A stretch of DNA of 64,000 bases from an uncultured Gemmatimonadales bacterium. GTDB lineage: Bacteria; Gemmatimonadota; Gemmatimonadetes; Gemmatimonadales; GWC2-71-9. The notes beneath the pieces were generated by a model. The model did no database searches and was not told the origin of the DNA. It worked only from the letters and a program-made list of their open reading frames with translations. The position numbers and the translations under genes were made by a program. This document shows, in pieces, positions 47,382 to 57,007 of this stretch (position 1 is its first letter; each line of letters starts with the position of its first letter). The DNA lies in contig CAWHFW010000005.1 in NCBI GenBank assembly GCA_963828735.1, positions 1,344,001 to 1,408,000 on the forward strand, given 5' to 3'.

Positions 47382-48548
47382 TTGGCATTGTCTGAACGTT
47401 TGAGGCTATTTGCGCCCCGACCCTGCGCTCTTCTGGTGGCCGCGGCATTGACCGCCGGGTGCCACCGCGACGGCGCGGACGTCGTTCGCATCGGTGTCGC
47501 CGGGTCGTTCAGCGATCCGATTGGCCTTCCGATGCGTCAGGCCGCGGAGCTCGCCGCCGACGAGATCAACGCGTCCGGCGGCGTCAATGGCAAGCGCCTC
47601 GAGCTGATCATCCGGGACGACTACAGCGACCCCGATTCGGCCGTTTTCGTCGCGACCGATCTCTACAATTCGAAGGTTTCCGCCGTCGTGGGGCATCTGT
47701 TTTCCGGGATGACCCTGGCGGCCGCGCCCGTCTACAACGGTGGCGATGACCCGGTCGTCGAGATCAGTCCGTCGTCGTCGTCGCCGGACGTCACCGGGGC
47801 GGGCGATTACACCTTCCGTGTATGCCCGAGCGACCTGGCCCACGGGACCGAGCTCGCCCACTGGGTGCGCGACCGGCTTCACCTCACCCGCGGTGCCGTC
47901 CTGTACCTGAACGATGAGTATGGCCGCGGCATCCGCCAGACCTTCGTCTCCGAGTTCACCCGCCTCGGGGGCGAGCTGGAGGCCGTGGATCCCTATCTCG
48001 GCGACAAGCCCGAGGTCGGTCCCTACCTCGACCGCCTGAGCCGCGGCCACGCACCGGAATTTCTGGTCGTCGCCGGGAACCGGAGCGAGGCCGAAGAGAT
48101 CCTCCGCCAGGCGCGGAAGCGGAGCCTCGGCATGCCGGTCCTCGGCGGCGACGGCCTCGAGGGCATCCAGGATGCCGGCGCGCTGGCCGAAGGAGTCTAC
48201 CTCTCGTCGCCATACTTCCCATCCATTCCCAGCGATGCCAATCATCGGTTCGTCGAGGCGTTCCGCCGCAAATACAACGCGGCGCCCAACCAGCCCGCGG
48301 CCGGCACGTACGACGCGATCTACTTGCTGCGCGAAGTAATCGCTCGGGCGGGCTCGGGCCGCGCGCAGATTCGCCGGGCCCTCGCCGGCGTCGGCTCCGT
48401 CACGCCGCCATTCGATGGGGTCACCGGGACCGTGGCGTTCGACGCGAACGGTGATGTCCCCAATCAGAACGTCTATATCGGCCTGGTGCAGCACGGCGCG
48501 GTGACGGTAGTCAACGGCGTCGAGGAGACCGTGGTGGGGGCACGATGA
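47382..48548 (+). CDS. branched-chain amino acid (LivJ/K-type) periplasmic binding lipoprotein
   Basis: LTAGC lipobox, [46 protein letters not shown] start uncertain. Confidence 0.88.
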   Translation: MALSERLRLFAPRPCALLVAAALTAGCHRDGADVVRIGVAGSFSDPIGLPMRQAAELAADEINASGGVNGKRLELIIRDDYSDPDSAVFVATDLYNSKVSAVVGHLFSGMTLAAAPVYNGGDDPVVEISPSSSSPDVTGAGDYTFRVCPSDLAHGTELAHWVRDRLHLTRGAVLYLNDEYGRGIRQTFVSEFTRLGGELEAVDPYLGDKPEVGPYLDRLSRGHAPEFLVVAGNRSEAEEILRQARKRSLGMPVLGGDGLEGIQDAGALAEGVYLSSPYFPSIPSDANHRFVEAFRRKYNAAPNQPAAGTYDAIYLLREVIARAGSGRAQIRRALAGVGSVTPPFDGVTGTVAFDANGDVPNQNVYIGLVQHGAVTVVNGVEETVVGAR

Positions 48549-50242
48549 CCGTCCTTCGAAGCCTGCGCCACCGTGTCATCGCCGGCATGGTACTGCTGAT
48601 CGCCCTGGTCTTCGGCATCGCGCTGCTCGGGGTGAACTCGATCCGGGCGCTCGACCATTCGGTCAATCACGAGCTGTCCCTGCTGCTCGAGAGCACGGAC
48701 CTCGGGAACGGCCTGGTCTCCTCGGTGGCCTCCGAGATCCGCTCGGCGGAGCAGTACCTCGTCCGGCCCACCGAGCGGCTCCGTGCCTCGACGATCGAAG
48801 AGGGCGACTCGGCCTACGCCTTCCAGCGCCGCTACCGGGGCCTCGCGTCCCTGACCACCGCCGACCGCTACATCGTGAACAAGATCGCGTCGAATCAGGC
48901 GCAGATCGAGGTGGCGTACGGTATGGCGCATGCGCTCACCGATCTCGGCCATCTCGACGACGCGCGACGCATGGCGGATCGCGCCCGCGCGCCGGCCGAC
49001 ACGCTGCTCGGCGACGTTCGCGCGCTCGGTCTTGCGCAGACGACGCGCTCGATCGCCCGGGCCGGTGACCTCCGCCGCCAGGCGGACAGCCGCCGGAACG
49101 CGCTCTGGGGCCTGTTCTTCGCGTCATTGCTGCTGGGCTCGCTCACCTCGTTCTGGACGGTGCGCTCGGTGGACCGCCCGATGGGCCATCTCATCGGCGC
49201 GGCGGAGCGGTTCGGCGCCGGCGACCTCCGGCCCATCCATCTGGGCGGGGGCATGCCCACCGAGATCGAGCGCCTGGCGCGCGCGATGGACGACATGGGC
49301 GGACGTCTGCGAGGGGTAGTGGTCTCGGTGATGGGCGAAGCGAGCCAGATCGGCAACAGCGCGAGCGATTTCAGCGCGATGAGCGAGGAGCTGGCCGCGA
49401 GCAGCGGCGAGATCTCGACGGCCATGGTCAAGATCGCCGCGAGCGCGGAGCAGCAGGTGAGCGGGATGGAGAAGGCCGATTCCTTGCTCGGAAGCCTGCG
49501 CGAGATCGCCGAGGCGAATGCCCAGGCGTCCGCGCGCGTCGCGGAGCTGGGCGACCGCATCCAGGAGCTCGCGGCACGCCACCGCTCAGACGTGGCCGCC
49601 GCCGGGCAGACCCTACTCGACGTGCGCGAGGTGGTGCGGGCGTCGACCGAGCAGGTCCAAGAGCTGACACGCCTGTCCGAGCCGATCACGGCGTTCATCG
49701 ATCTGATCAAGCAGATCTCGTCGCAGACCAACCTGCTGGCCCTCAACGCCGCCATCGAGGCCGCGCGCGCCGGCGAGCACGGACGGGGCTTCGCGGTGGT
49801 CGCGGAGGAAGTGCGCCGGCTGGCCGACTCGAGCGCCTCCGCGGCCGAGGATGTGGCCAAGACGGTCAAACACATCCGAAACCAGGTGCAGCAGGTGGCC
49901 GGCACGATGGAGGTCGGCTCGTCCAAGGTCCAGGGGATCGAAGGCGTCGCCGTCGCGGCCGCCCGCGCGCTCGAGGAGATCTCACATGCGGTGGGCGAGG
50001 TGCACGATGCGGCCGAGGCCGTGGCACGGGAGGTGGCGGCGAACCAGGCGATCGTGGAGCAGCTCGGGCATCGGACGCGCGAGGTGAGCCAGAGCGCCGG
50101 CGAGCATGCCTCCGCGAGCGAGGAGGTCACCGCCGCGGCGGAGGAGCAGACCGCCAGCACCGAGGAGATGGCCGCCGCCGCGGGCGACCTGCTGCAGGGT
50201 GCGACGCGCCTCACCACCTTGATGCAGGAGTTCAAGACCTGA
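48545..50242 (+). CDS. methyl-accepting chemotaxis protein
   Basis: Two TMs, [38 protein letters not shown]. Confidence 0.96.
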   Translation: MTVLRSLRHRVIAGMVLLIALVFGIALLGVNSIRALDHSVNHELSLLLESTDLGNGLVSSVASEIRSAEQYLVRPTERLRASTIEEGDSAYAFQRRYRGLASLTTADRYIVNKIASNQAQIEVAYGMAHALTDLGHLDDARRMADRARAPADTLLGDVRALGLAQTTRSIARAGDLRRQADSRRNALWGLFFASLLLGSLTSFWTVRSVDRPMGHLIGAAERFGAGDLRPIHLGGGMPTEIERLARAMDDMGGRLRGVVVSVMGEASQIGNSASDFSAMSEELAASSGEISTAMVKIAASAEQQVSGMEKADSLLGSLREIAEANAQASARVAELGDRIQELAARHRSDVAAAGQTLLDVREVVRASTEQVQELTRLSEPITAFIDLIKQISSQTNLLALNAAIEAARAGEHGRGFAVVAEEVRRLADSSASAAEDVAKTVKHIRNQVQQVAGTMEVGSSKVQGIEGVAVAAARALEEISHAVGEVHDAAEAVAREVAANQAIVEQLGHRTREVSQSAGEHASASEEVTAAAEEQTASTEEMAAAAGDLLQGATRLTTLMQEFKT

Positions 50243-50256
50243 CCCCGCCGGCAACG

Positions 50257-50297
50257 AGCAACGCCCATCCGGCTCGCCGGGTGGGCGTTGTTGTTTT
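50257..50297 (+). terminator. intrinsic terminator after the MCP gene
   Basis: Long stem AGCAACGCCCATCCGG/CCGGGTGGGCGTTGTT followed by GTTTT, between convergent genes. Confidence 0.75.
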
Positions 50298-50313
50298 CGG
50301 TGGCGCTCGGACC

Positions 50314-50682
50314 TCAGCGCTTCTTGGGCTTGGCCGCCTTCTTCACCTTCTTGACCGCCTTCACCGACTTGACGGGCTTCCCCTTCGCCCGCGCCTTGGC
50401 CTTGAGCGCACGCTCCCGGTCCGCCGCCTTGTCCGCTTTCCGCTGCTCCGCGGCGTGCACCTCGGTCAGGAGCCGATCGCCCTCGTCCTGGCCTAACAGA
50501 CCGCGGCGCGTGGCGTAGCGGACCAGCTCCTCCGCATCCTGGACATTGAATTCGGCCAGCCGCGCTCCGGCCCGAATGACGTTGCCGAGCGCGTCCGCAA
50601 CCGGGCTTCGCAGCACGTTCGCGATGCCGGGCAGGGTTTCGAGCAACGTCGAGATCTGTGAACCGCCGAGTTCCGACACCAC
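50314..50682 (-). CDS. hypothetical protein with a Lys/Ala-rich histone-H1-like tail
   Basis: GAAGGAGG RBS; C-terminus KAKARAKGKPVKSVKAVKKVKKAAKPKKR. Confidence 0.75.
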   Translation of the reverse strand: MVSELGGSQISTLLETLPGIANVLRSPVADALGNVIRAGARLAEFNVQDAEELVRYATRRGLLGQDEGDRLLTEVHAAEQRKADKAADRERALKAKARAKGKPVKSVKAVKKVKKAAKPKKR

Positions 50683-50880
50683 GCGTCCTCCTTCGCCTGC
50701 GGGATCGTTCCGAGCCCAAGGCGCCCGGGACGAGTTTCCAGAATTCTCGCACGGGAGCAGCGGTGGCGCTAGTAGTCCTGTTTATTACTACGCCCAGATT
50801 TGTGACCCTGGAACAAGATCGCCCCGCCGGAGACATGGCGGGGCGATTCGCTGTAATCAATTACCGGTGGCTGGCTTGCA

Positions 50881-51297
50881 CTACTTGATCGTAAGAGTGC
50901 CTCGCATGTCGTACGCCCGATGTGGGAGGCAGTAGAATGCGTAAACCCCCGACGGCACCTGCGGCACCGTCATCCGGAAGTCCGCCCCGCTGGCCGTCAG
51001 GAGCGGACTGCTGAGCTCGCCGGACCGGCCGGGCATGGCGGCACTGATCGCCCCGCGGACCCCGGGGGACAACCCCTCGCTCTCGAAAACCACGCTGTGC
51101 GGCGCGCCGCTTACGACGTGGAACACGAGCGCGTCCCCCGGTTTGGCCACCACTTCGGCGGGCTCGAATCGGTAGACGTCGTTCTTCGGGTCCGCGACCA
51201 TCCGCACGACGTGCGTCGCCTGAGCGTGCAGGGCAGTCGAGACGACCGTCAGCAACCCCAAGAGCGCCATGCTCGTCCGCAGTCCCGAGCGCATCAT
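50881..51297 (-). CDS. blue (type 1) copper protein, plastocyanin/azurin family
   Basis: Signal peptide, RFEPAEV..KPGD, PHSVVF, YCLPH...M ligand set. Confidence 0.9.
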   Translation of the reverse strand: MMRSGLRTSMALLGLLTVVSTALHAQATHVVRMVADPKNDVYRFEPAEVVAKPGDALVFHVVSGAPHSVVFESEGLSPGVRGAISAAMPGRSGELSSPLLTASGADFRMTVPQVPSGVYAFYCLPHRAYDMRGTLTIK

Positions 51298-51417
51298 GTG
51301 AGCCCCCTCTCGCTACGGCCAGCGCAGACAATTGCGCGACCGGACGGCTTCGGTAAATTGAGAATGAAGGTGGGGTAGCCACTTCCGTGCCACCAGACCC
51401 CACCGGAAGGGCCGGTT

Positions 51418-51672
51418 GTGGGACGTCGGGGCATCAAGGAGTATCGCGCGCCGGAAGCGCTGATTCTGATCGCTGCGGATCGGGACCAGAAACCGCTGGT
51501 CTGTCCCTCCTGCAATTCCCCCCAAGTCGAACGCGTGCCCGCCAGATGCTCGTCCGAAGATGCCCAGGGCGGGCGAGTCACGCTCCACTGCGGGGCGTGC
51601 GGCCGTACGGCGGCCTACATCCCTCGCACGCTCAGTCGATCCTCCATGCCCGAGGCGCCCAGGCACGTCTAG
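51418..51672 (+). CDS. small zinc-ribbon protein
   Basis: CPSC...CGAC pairs. Confidence 0.6.
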   Translation: MGRRGIKEYRAPEALILIAADRDQKPLVCPSCNSPQVERVPARCSSEDAQGGRVTLHCGACGRTAAYIPRTLSRSSMPEAPRHV

Positions 51673-51684
51673 CGCGCCGCCGGC

Positions 51685-52458
51685 CTACTCGGGCTGCGTG
51701 AAGATCCGACCCCAGCGCACAGCGGTCAGGAACGGTAGCGACTTCCAGCTGTTCTGATCGTAACTGAAGTACACGATCAGCGGCCGACCCCGCACGTTGA
51801 CTCGCGGCAGAAAACCCCAGTAGCGCCCGTCGTACGAGCTGTCACGATTGTCGCCCATCATGAAGAACGAGTCCGCCGGAACCACGATCGGGCCCCAGTC
51901 CTGGAGATCGGGCTGGTAGCTCGCGGTGTCGTGCTGGGCGAGGTGCGGCACCTGCCACTCCCGCATCTTGGCCCGCTGAACCGGATCCTCGGACCGATGG
52001 GGATCGCCGTGGACCACGTAGGGCTCGTTGACCCGCTGGCCGTTCCGGTACAGCTGGCCCGCCTCCATCGACAGCGTGTCGCCGGGCATGCCGATCAGGC
52101 GCTTGACGACCTTGAGTCCCTCTTCCTCGACCGAGTCGAACACCAGGATGTCGTTTCGGTGCGGCTCGCGCACGGCGGGAAGGCGGGCGTGGATGAGGGG
52201 GACCTCCGCGCCGTACAGCGCCTTGTTGACGAACAGGAAGTCCCCGATCAGCAGGGTGTTCTCCATGCTGCCCGAAGGAATCCGGAACGCTTCGACGAGG
52301 AAGGTGCGCAGGAGGAACCAGACGAGGAGCGCGACCACGATGGATTTGGTCCACTCCCAGGCCCAGATGATGGCCGAGCGCGAGCGATCGGCGGACCCGC
52401 CCGGCGGGCGGTCGGTTCGCGGGGTGGGCGAGCTGGTGCCGGAAGGGCGCGCGGTCAT
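51685..52458 (-). CDS. lepB: signal peptidase I
   Basis: IPSGSMENTL.IGD, VKRLIGMPGD, MGDNRDSSYDGRYWG. Confidence 0.95.
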   Translation of the reverse strand: MTARPSGTSSPTPRTDRPPGGSADRSRSAIIWAWEWTKSIVVALLVWFLLRTFLVEAFRIPSGSMENTLLIGDFLFVNKALYGAEVPLIHARLPAVREPHRNDILVFDSVEEEGLKVVKRLIGMPGDTLSMEAGQLYRNGQRVNEPYVVHGDPHRSEDPVQRAKMREWQVPHLAQHDTASYQPDLQDWGPIVVPADSFFMMGDNRDSSYDGRYWGFLPRVNVRGRPLIVYFSYDQNSWKSLPFLTAVRWGRIFTQPE

Positions 52459-52504
52459 GCTTCATCCATGTAAGGGAACGTTCAAGTATAACGAAACGGA
52501 CCGG

Positions 52505-52972
52505 TCACAGTCCTTCGCGGAGCGCGGCCAGCACCTTCTCAGGATGCTCGGCGGCATCGGGGATCTTCGCCCAATGACGGCGGATCCGCCCGTCGGGACC
52601 GATCCAGACCGTAGAGCGGATCACGCCTATCTTCTTTCGCCCGTACGACATCTTCTCGCCGTAGGCCCCGTAGGCGGTCATGACCGCGTGATCGGGGTCC
52701 GAGAGCAGCGTGAACGGCAGGCGGTATTTGGCAGCGAACTTCGTGTGCGAGGCCGCATCGTCCGCCGAGACGCCAAGCACGGCCACTCCCAGATTCTGGA
52801 GGTCGGTCCACGCGTCGCGGAACCCGCACGCCTCCTTGGTGCACCCGGGCGTGTCGTCCTGCGGATAGAAATAGAGGATGACGTCGCGTCCCGCGAAATC
52901 CTGGAGGGAGACCTGCGTTCCGGTCGCGTCCGCCAGCGTGAATGGGGGGGCCTTGTCGCCGGGCTCGAGCAT
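52505..52972 (-). CDS. bcp: thioredoxin-dependent peroxiredoxin BCP
   Basis: YFYPQDDTPGCTKEAC, LLSDPD, RSTVWI. Confidence 0.93.
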   Translation of the reverse strand: MLEPGDKAPPFTLADATGTQVSLQDFAGRDVILYFYPQDDTPGCTKEACGFRDAWTDLQNLGVAVLGVSADDAASHTKFAAKYRLPFTLLSDPDHAVMTAYGAYGEKMSYGRKKIGVIRSTVWIGPDGRIRRHWAKIPDAAEHPEKVLAALREGL

Positions 52973-52989
52973 GGAATCTCCTGGATTGG

Positions 52990-54615
52990 TCACGGACGGG
53001 GCAGCGCGTCGGCCGCCACACGCACCGCGGCGCGGACGCGCACGATGGGGTACTCGGCGTGGGGCTGGATCTCGCGGTCGAGCATGTTCCAGGTGGCGAG
53101 TCCATCTTCGGATGCCGGCTCCAGCAGGTACGCGGCCAGCATGCCGAGCGGCTGATCGGTCCGCACCAGGAACCAGCCGGCGTCGGCGGTGAGCGCCGCG
53201 GCTTCTCCCCAGTGGCCCTCCACTTCCACCGGCCGATGCCCTTCAAACAACGTCTCCAGCACCACGGTGTCCACCGTAAATCGCTCGGCCTGGCCGGACC
53301 AGGGCTCACGGAGCCGCTCGACCGCGATCCCCTGCCGCCGGATCAGCGCGGCCAGGTTGCCGAACCGGGAAGGCAGCAGGTAGCCAACTGGGAGCGCCTC
53401 ACGGCGGGAGGCCACGAAACGGTCGAACACCGGCATGCGGATCGTCCGATAGACCCCGCTTCGAATCCGCCGGGCGTAACCACCATTGCCCTCGCCTGCG
53501 GGGCGCGTGATCTCGGCCACCACGTCCTGCGTCGTCGGAGAGCCGAGCACCGACCGCACGGTGACGGAATCGGACGTGCGGTGGAGAGACGCCTCGACCG
53601 CGGCGAGCACGGCCGCGCGCTGCTCGGCCACGGCACTCAACACCTCGCGCACGAAATCGTACGTCGCTTTGACGCGCGTGCGGAAATCGGCGTTGCTGTA
53701 ACCCTCGCTCAGCACCGCCATCTTGCCTCGCAGGCCCATCCAGTTGGTGCCGAACCGCGGGCGCGGATCATACGTCTCCCAGCCGGCCGCGAGCGAATCG
53801 GGATCCTGACTGCGAAAGTTGCCGTACCAGAAGGTCGCGGTGTCGTGCCGTCGGCGCATGCGCTCGCGGACGAGGGGCAGCAGGCGATCGCGCACGTAGT
53901 CCCGCGCGGGATTCCCATTGGGGTTGAGGCCGGGAGCGTATGTGAGCGCGTAGCCGTGATAGCTGCCGTTGGTGGTGTGCAGGTCGATGAACACGTCCGG
54001 ATCCCAGGCTTCGAGCAACTCGGCGGCGCCTCGCGTCTCGGGGGCCTCCATCTTCACGTAGTCGCGGTTGAGGTTGAGCCCCTGCCCGTTCTGGTTGCGG
54101 CCCACGATGGCCGGTCCGTTCTGGCCGGGTCGGTTCTCCTCGCCCGGGGCCCAATGCTCGTTTCCGTCGGTGTTGTAGATGGGAACGACGATCAGGACGA
54201 GACTGTCGAGGAGCGACCGAAGCGGCCCCCGCGTGAGGTCGCGGAGCAGCATCTGCGCCGCTTCCTTCCCCTCCACCTCGCCGGCGTGGATGTTCGCCTG
54301 CACCCAGACGACCGGCTTGCCGCCGCGGTGGGCTTCGGACGGGTTCCCGGCCAGCGGGCGCGACAGCAGCACCCACGGCACCCGACGACCCTCGACACTC
54401 GTCGCGAGCGTGCCGATCCGCACGCCGGCCCCGGCTCGCTCGAGCGAGTCGAGGAAGGCGAGCACGTCGGCGTAGGTGGAAGTCTCGCGGTAGTCGGTGC
54501 GCTCGGCGCGAGTGGTCTGAGCCATCATCAGACGTCCAGCGCCGGAACCCGCCATCAGCAGGATCGACGCGGCGAGGCCGGACAGGATAGGCGGGGCGGA
54601 TAGGCGGACGATCAG
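52990..54615 (-). CDS. M14 zinc carboxypeptidase-family protein, exported
   Basis: IHAGEVEGKE (HxxE), NLNRD, IDLHTTNG. Start codon uncertain (54555-54615). Confidence 0.85.
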   Translation of the reverse strand: MIVRLSAPPILSGLAASILLMAGSGAGRLMMAQTTRAERTDYRETSTYADVLAFLDSLERAGAGVRIGTLATSVEGRRVPWVLLSRPLAGNPSEAHRGGKPVVWVQANIHAGEVEGKEAAQMLLRDLTRGPLRSLLDSLVLIVVPIYNTDGNEHWAPGEENRPGQNGPAIVGRNQNGQGLNLNRDYVKMEAPETRGAAELLEAWDPDVFIDLHTTNGSYHGYALTYAPGLNPNGNPARDYVRDRLLPLVRERMRRRHDTATFWYGNFRSQDPDSLAAGWETYDPRPRFGTNWMGLRGKMAVLSEGYSNADFRTRVKATYDFVREVLSAVAEQRAAVLAAVEASLHRTSDSVTVRSVLGSPTTQDVVAEITRPAGEGNGGYARRIRSGVYRTIRMPVFDRFVASRREALPVGYLLPSRFGNLAALIRRQGIAVERLREPWSGQAERFTVDTVVLETLFEGHRPVEVEGHWGEAAALTADAGWFLVRTDQPLGMLAAYLLEPASEDGLATWNMLDREIQPHAEYPIVRVRAAVRVAADALPRP

Positions 54616-55721
54616 CTCTCCTGGGGGCGAACGGGAGTGCGGTCCACGACCTTGGGAGCCACAGGCGCACCTTCTGACAGCCGCTCCTGGCCGCCGACCA
54701 CGACCTGCTCGGCAGGATCGACGCCGCTCCGCGCCTCCACGAAGCCCGGCGTGCGGACGCCGAGATCCACCTGGCGGCGCGTGGCCTTGCCCTGACGCAC
54801 GACCCACACGAAGGTCGAGCCCTGGAGCGCAACCACGGCGTCCTCCGGAATGACGACGGCCTTGGGCCGAACCGCGGTCGCGAGCCGCGCCTCGATGAAC
54901 ATGCCCGACTGGAGCGACCGCTTCGGATTGGGCGTCAACGCCTTCACCGTGATGGTCCGTCCGGGAAGTTGCACCACCGGGTCCACGAAGTCCACGCGCC
55001 CTGTGAACTCATGGCCCGGGATGGCCGCGACCCGGAAGGTCACCTGCTGGTCCATCCTGAGCTGGTCGGCATACCGCTCCGGCACCTGGAACGCCGCGCG
55101 CTGGGGCGACACGGTCTGGAGCGAGACCAGTCGGGTGTCGGTGGTGACATAGTCCCCCAGGCTCACCAGCCGCTGCCCGACCACCCCGGCGAACGGCGCG
55201 CGCACGGTGGTGCGCGCCAGGCGTACCTTGAGCAGCTGGAGCTGGGCCTCGTTGCTGCGGGCGGTGGCGTCGGCGCGCTCCAGCTCGGATTGAGACGAGG
55301 CCTTCTGCGCCAGCAGGTCCTTGGTACGGACGAGCGACTGCTGGGCCAGGTCGCGGTCGGCCTCGGCCCGCGCCACCTGCGCCTTGAGCTCCGCGTCGTC
55401 CACCTTGAACAGCGGCGTTCCCTGCCCGACGTAGGCGCCCTCGCGCACCAGGATCTCGGCGATCCGCCCCTCGATCTCCGGACGCAGCTCGATCGACTGT
55501 ATCGCCTCGATCTGGCCGGTGGCGAGGATCGCATCCACCACGGTATCGGTCCGTGCCACGGATACCTCGACGGGCATGGCAGGCTGAGCACCGCCGCCTT
55601 CGCCGCCGTTCGGTTTGCCGGCGGATTCCGCCTTCCCGCACCCGGCGAGCGTCACCGCCAGCCACGCCCCGCACGCCAGCGGTGAGGCCAGCCTGTTCGC
55701 CACTGCCTGGATGGATTTCAC
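54612..55721 (-). CDS. RND efflux periplasmic adaptor (MFP)
   Basis: LAGC lipobox, GRIAEILVREG, VRAPFAGVVG, LQSGMF. Confidence 0.93.
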   Translation of the reverse strand: MKSIQAVANRLASPLACGAWLAVTLAGCGKAESAGKPNGGEGGGAQPAMPVEVSVARTDTVVDAILATGQIEAIQSIELRPEIEGRIAEILVREGAYVGQGTPLFKVDDAELKAQVARAEADRDLAQQSLVRTKDLLAQKASSQSELERADATARSNEAQLQLLKVRLARTTVRAPFAGVVGQRLVSLGDYVTTDTRLVSLQTVSPQRAAFQVPERYADQLRMDQQVTFRVAAIPGHEFTGRVDFVDPVVQLPGRTITVKALTPNPKRSLQSGMFIEARLATAVRPKAVVIPEDAVVALQGSTFVWVVRQGKATRRQVDLGVRTPGFVEARSGVDPAEQVVVGGQERLSEGAPVAPKVVDRTPVRPQES

Positions 55722-57007
55722 GGCACGTCCCTGTTCGTGAAGAGTCGGCGGCCCAGGATCGCCTCGAGGCCGGCGAGCGCCAGCCGTGCGGCGTATCGGG
55801 CCTGCACCAGGTCCGCCTCGGATTGTGTGAGACGGATCTGCGCGTCGAGTACGTCGAGAATCGTCGTGGCCCCCGCCCGGTACCGCGAGTCCTGCACCCG
55901 GTAGTTCTCGCGCGCCACCAGGACACCCGTCTGGGAGAGGTCGGTGGTCGCCCGGGCGGTCACGTAGACCTCGAACGCGGCGGTGACATCGGGGCGCGCC
56001 GCGCGCTCGAGATCCTCGCGGATGGCGCGCGACACGTCCCGGTCCACGCGCGCCTGCGAGATGGCGATCTCACGGCGGCCGGCGTCCCAGATCGGCAACG
56101 ACACGTTGAGGGTGATGTAGGACACGTTCCGTGCGCTCGGGAAGAAGCTGTCGTCGAACCGCACGTGCGTCCCCAGGACCGAGATCTCGGGCAGGTACTG
56201 CCCGCGCTCGCCTTTGAGGAACGCCGATGCCGCCCGCTCGTTGGCCCGCGCGGCCCGGTACTGGGGCCCCTGCGTCACGGCCAGCTGGATGGCCTCCTCC
56301 AGCCCGAGCGGCAGGTCCGGCGCCCTGGCCGTATCCACCGGCTCGGCGTCGACCGGCCCGGGCTCGCCGATGCGCCGCCCGAGCTCGAGGCGCGAGACGC
56401 GGAGCAGCGCGTCCCGCCGGAGCTGGTCGGTGCGAGCCTGGGTCAGCTCGAGCACGAGCTGGAGCGAATCGCTTTGGACCGCGGCGCCCGACACGACCCG
56501 GGCGCGCGCGACGCCCAGGCCTTCCTCCGCGCGCTTGGTGCGGTCGGCGGCGACGCGCGCGAGCTCCTGATTCTGCAGGACCTCGTAGTAGTCGGCCTCC
56601 ACCAGCAGTGCGGTGCGGAACCGTTGCTGGACCTCGCTCGCCTCGGCGCTCTCGAGCTCCGCGTTGGTCCGGCCCAGGTCCGTGAACTTGCGGGCCGTGA
56701 ACAGATCGTAGCGCGCCTGAAGCGTGGCGTTGACCGCCTCGGCCTGGTTCCGGCCGGTGCCGACGTTGAAGAACTCGGTCGAATACCTCGTCGCGTCGAG
56801 CGACACGGTGAGCGACGGCAGGACGAACACCGCCAGCGCGGCGTGCCGTCCCCATTCGGCGTTGTCCACCTGCCCGAGCGCCTGGACGTAGTTCGGGTCG
56901 AGGCGGGTCGCGCGCTCGATGGCCTGCCGCAGGGTGACCCGGGGCGCGGCGGACGGGTCGGGCAGCGGCGCCGAGGCCTGCAGCATGAACAGGAGTCCGA
57001 GAATCAC
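55718..57007 (-). CDS. TolC-family outer membrane efflux protein
   Basis: TLRQAIERA, YLPEIS, LPIWDAG, RYRAGATTILDVLDAQ. Confidence 0.9.
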   Translation of the reverse strand: MILGLLFMLQASAPLPDPSAAPRVTLRQAIERATRLDPNYVQALGQVDNAEWGRHAALAVFVLPSLTVSLDATRYSTEFFNVGTGRNQAEAVNATLQARYDLFTARKFTDLGRTNAELESAEASEVQQRFRTALLVEADYYEVLQNQELARVAADRTKRAEEGLGVARARVVSGAAVQSDSLQLVLELTQARTDQLRRDALLRVSRLELGRRIGEPGPVDAEPVDTARAPDLPLGLEEAIQLAVTQGPQYRAARANERAASAFLKGERGQYLPEISVLGTHVRFDDSFFPSARNVSYITLNVSLPIWDAGRREIAISQARVDRDVSRAIREDLERAARPDVTAAFEVYVTARATTDLSQTGVLVARENYRVQDSRYRAGATTILDVLDAQIRLTQSEADLVQARYAARLALAGLEAILGRRLFTNRDVP

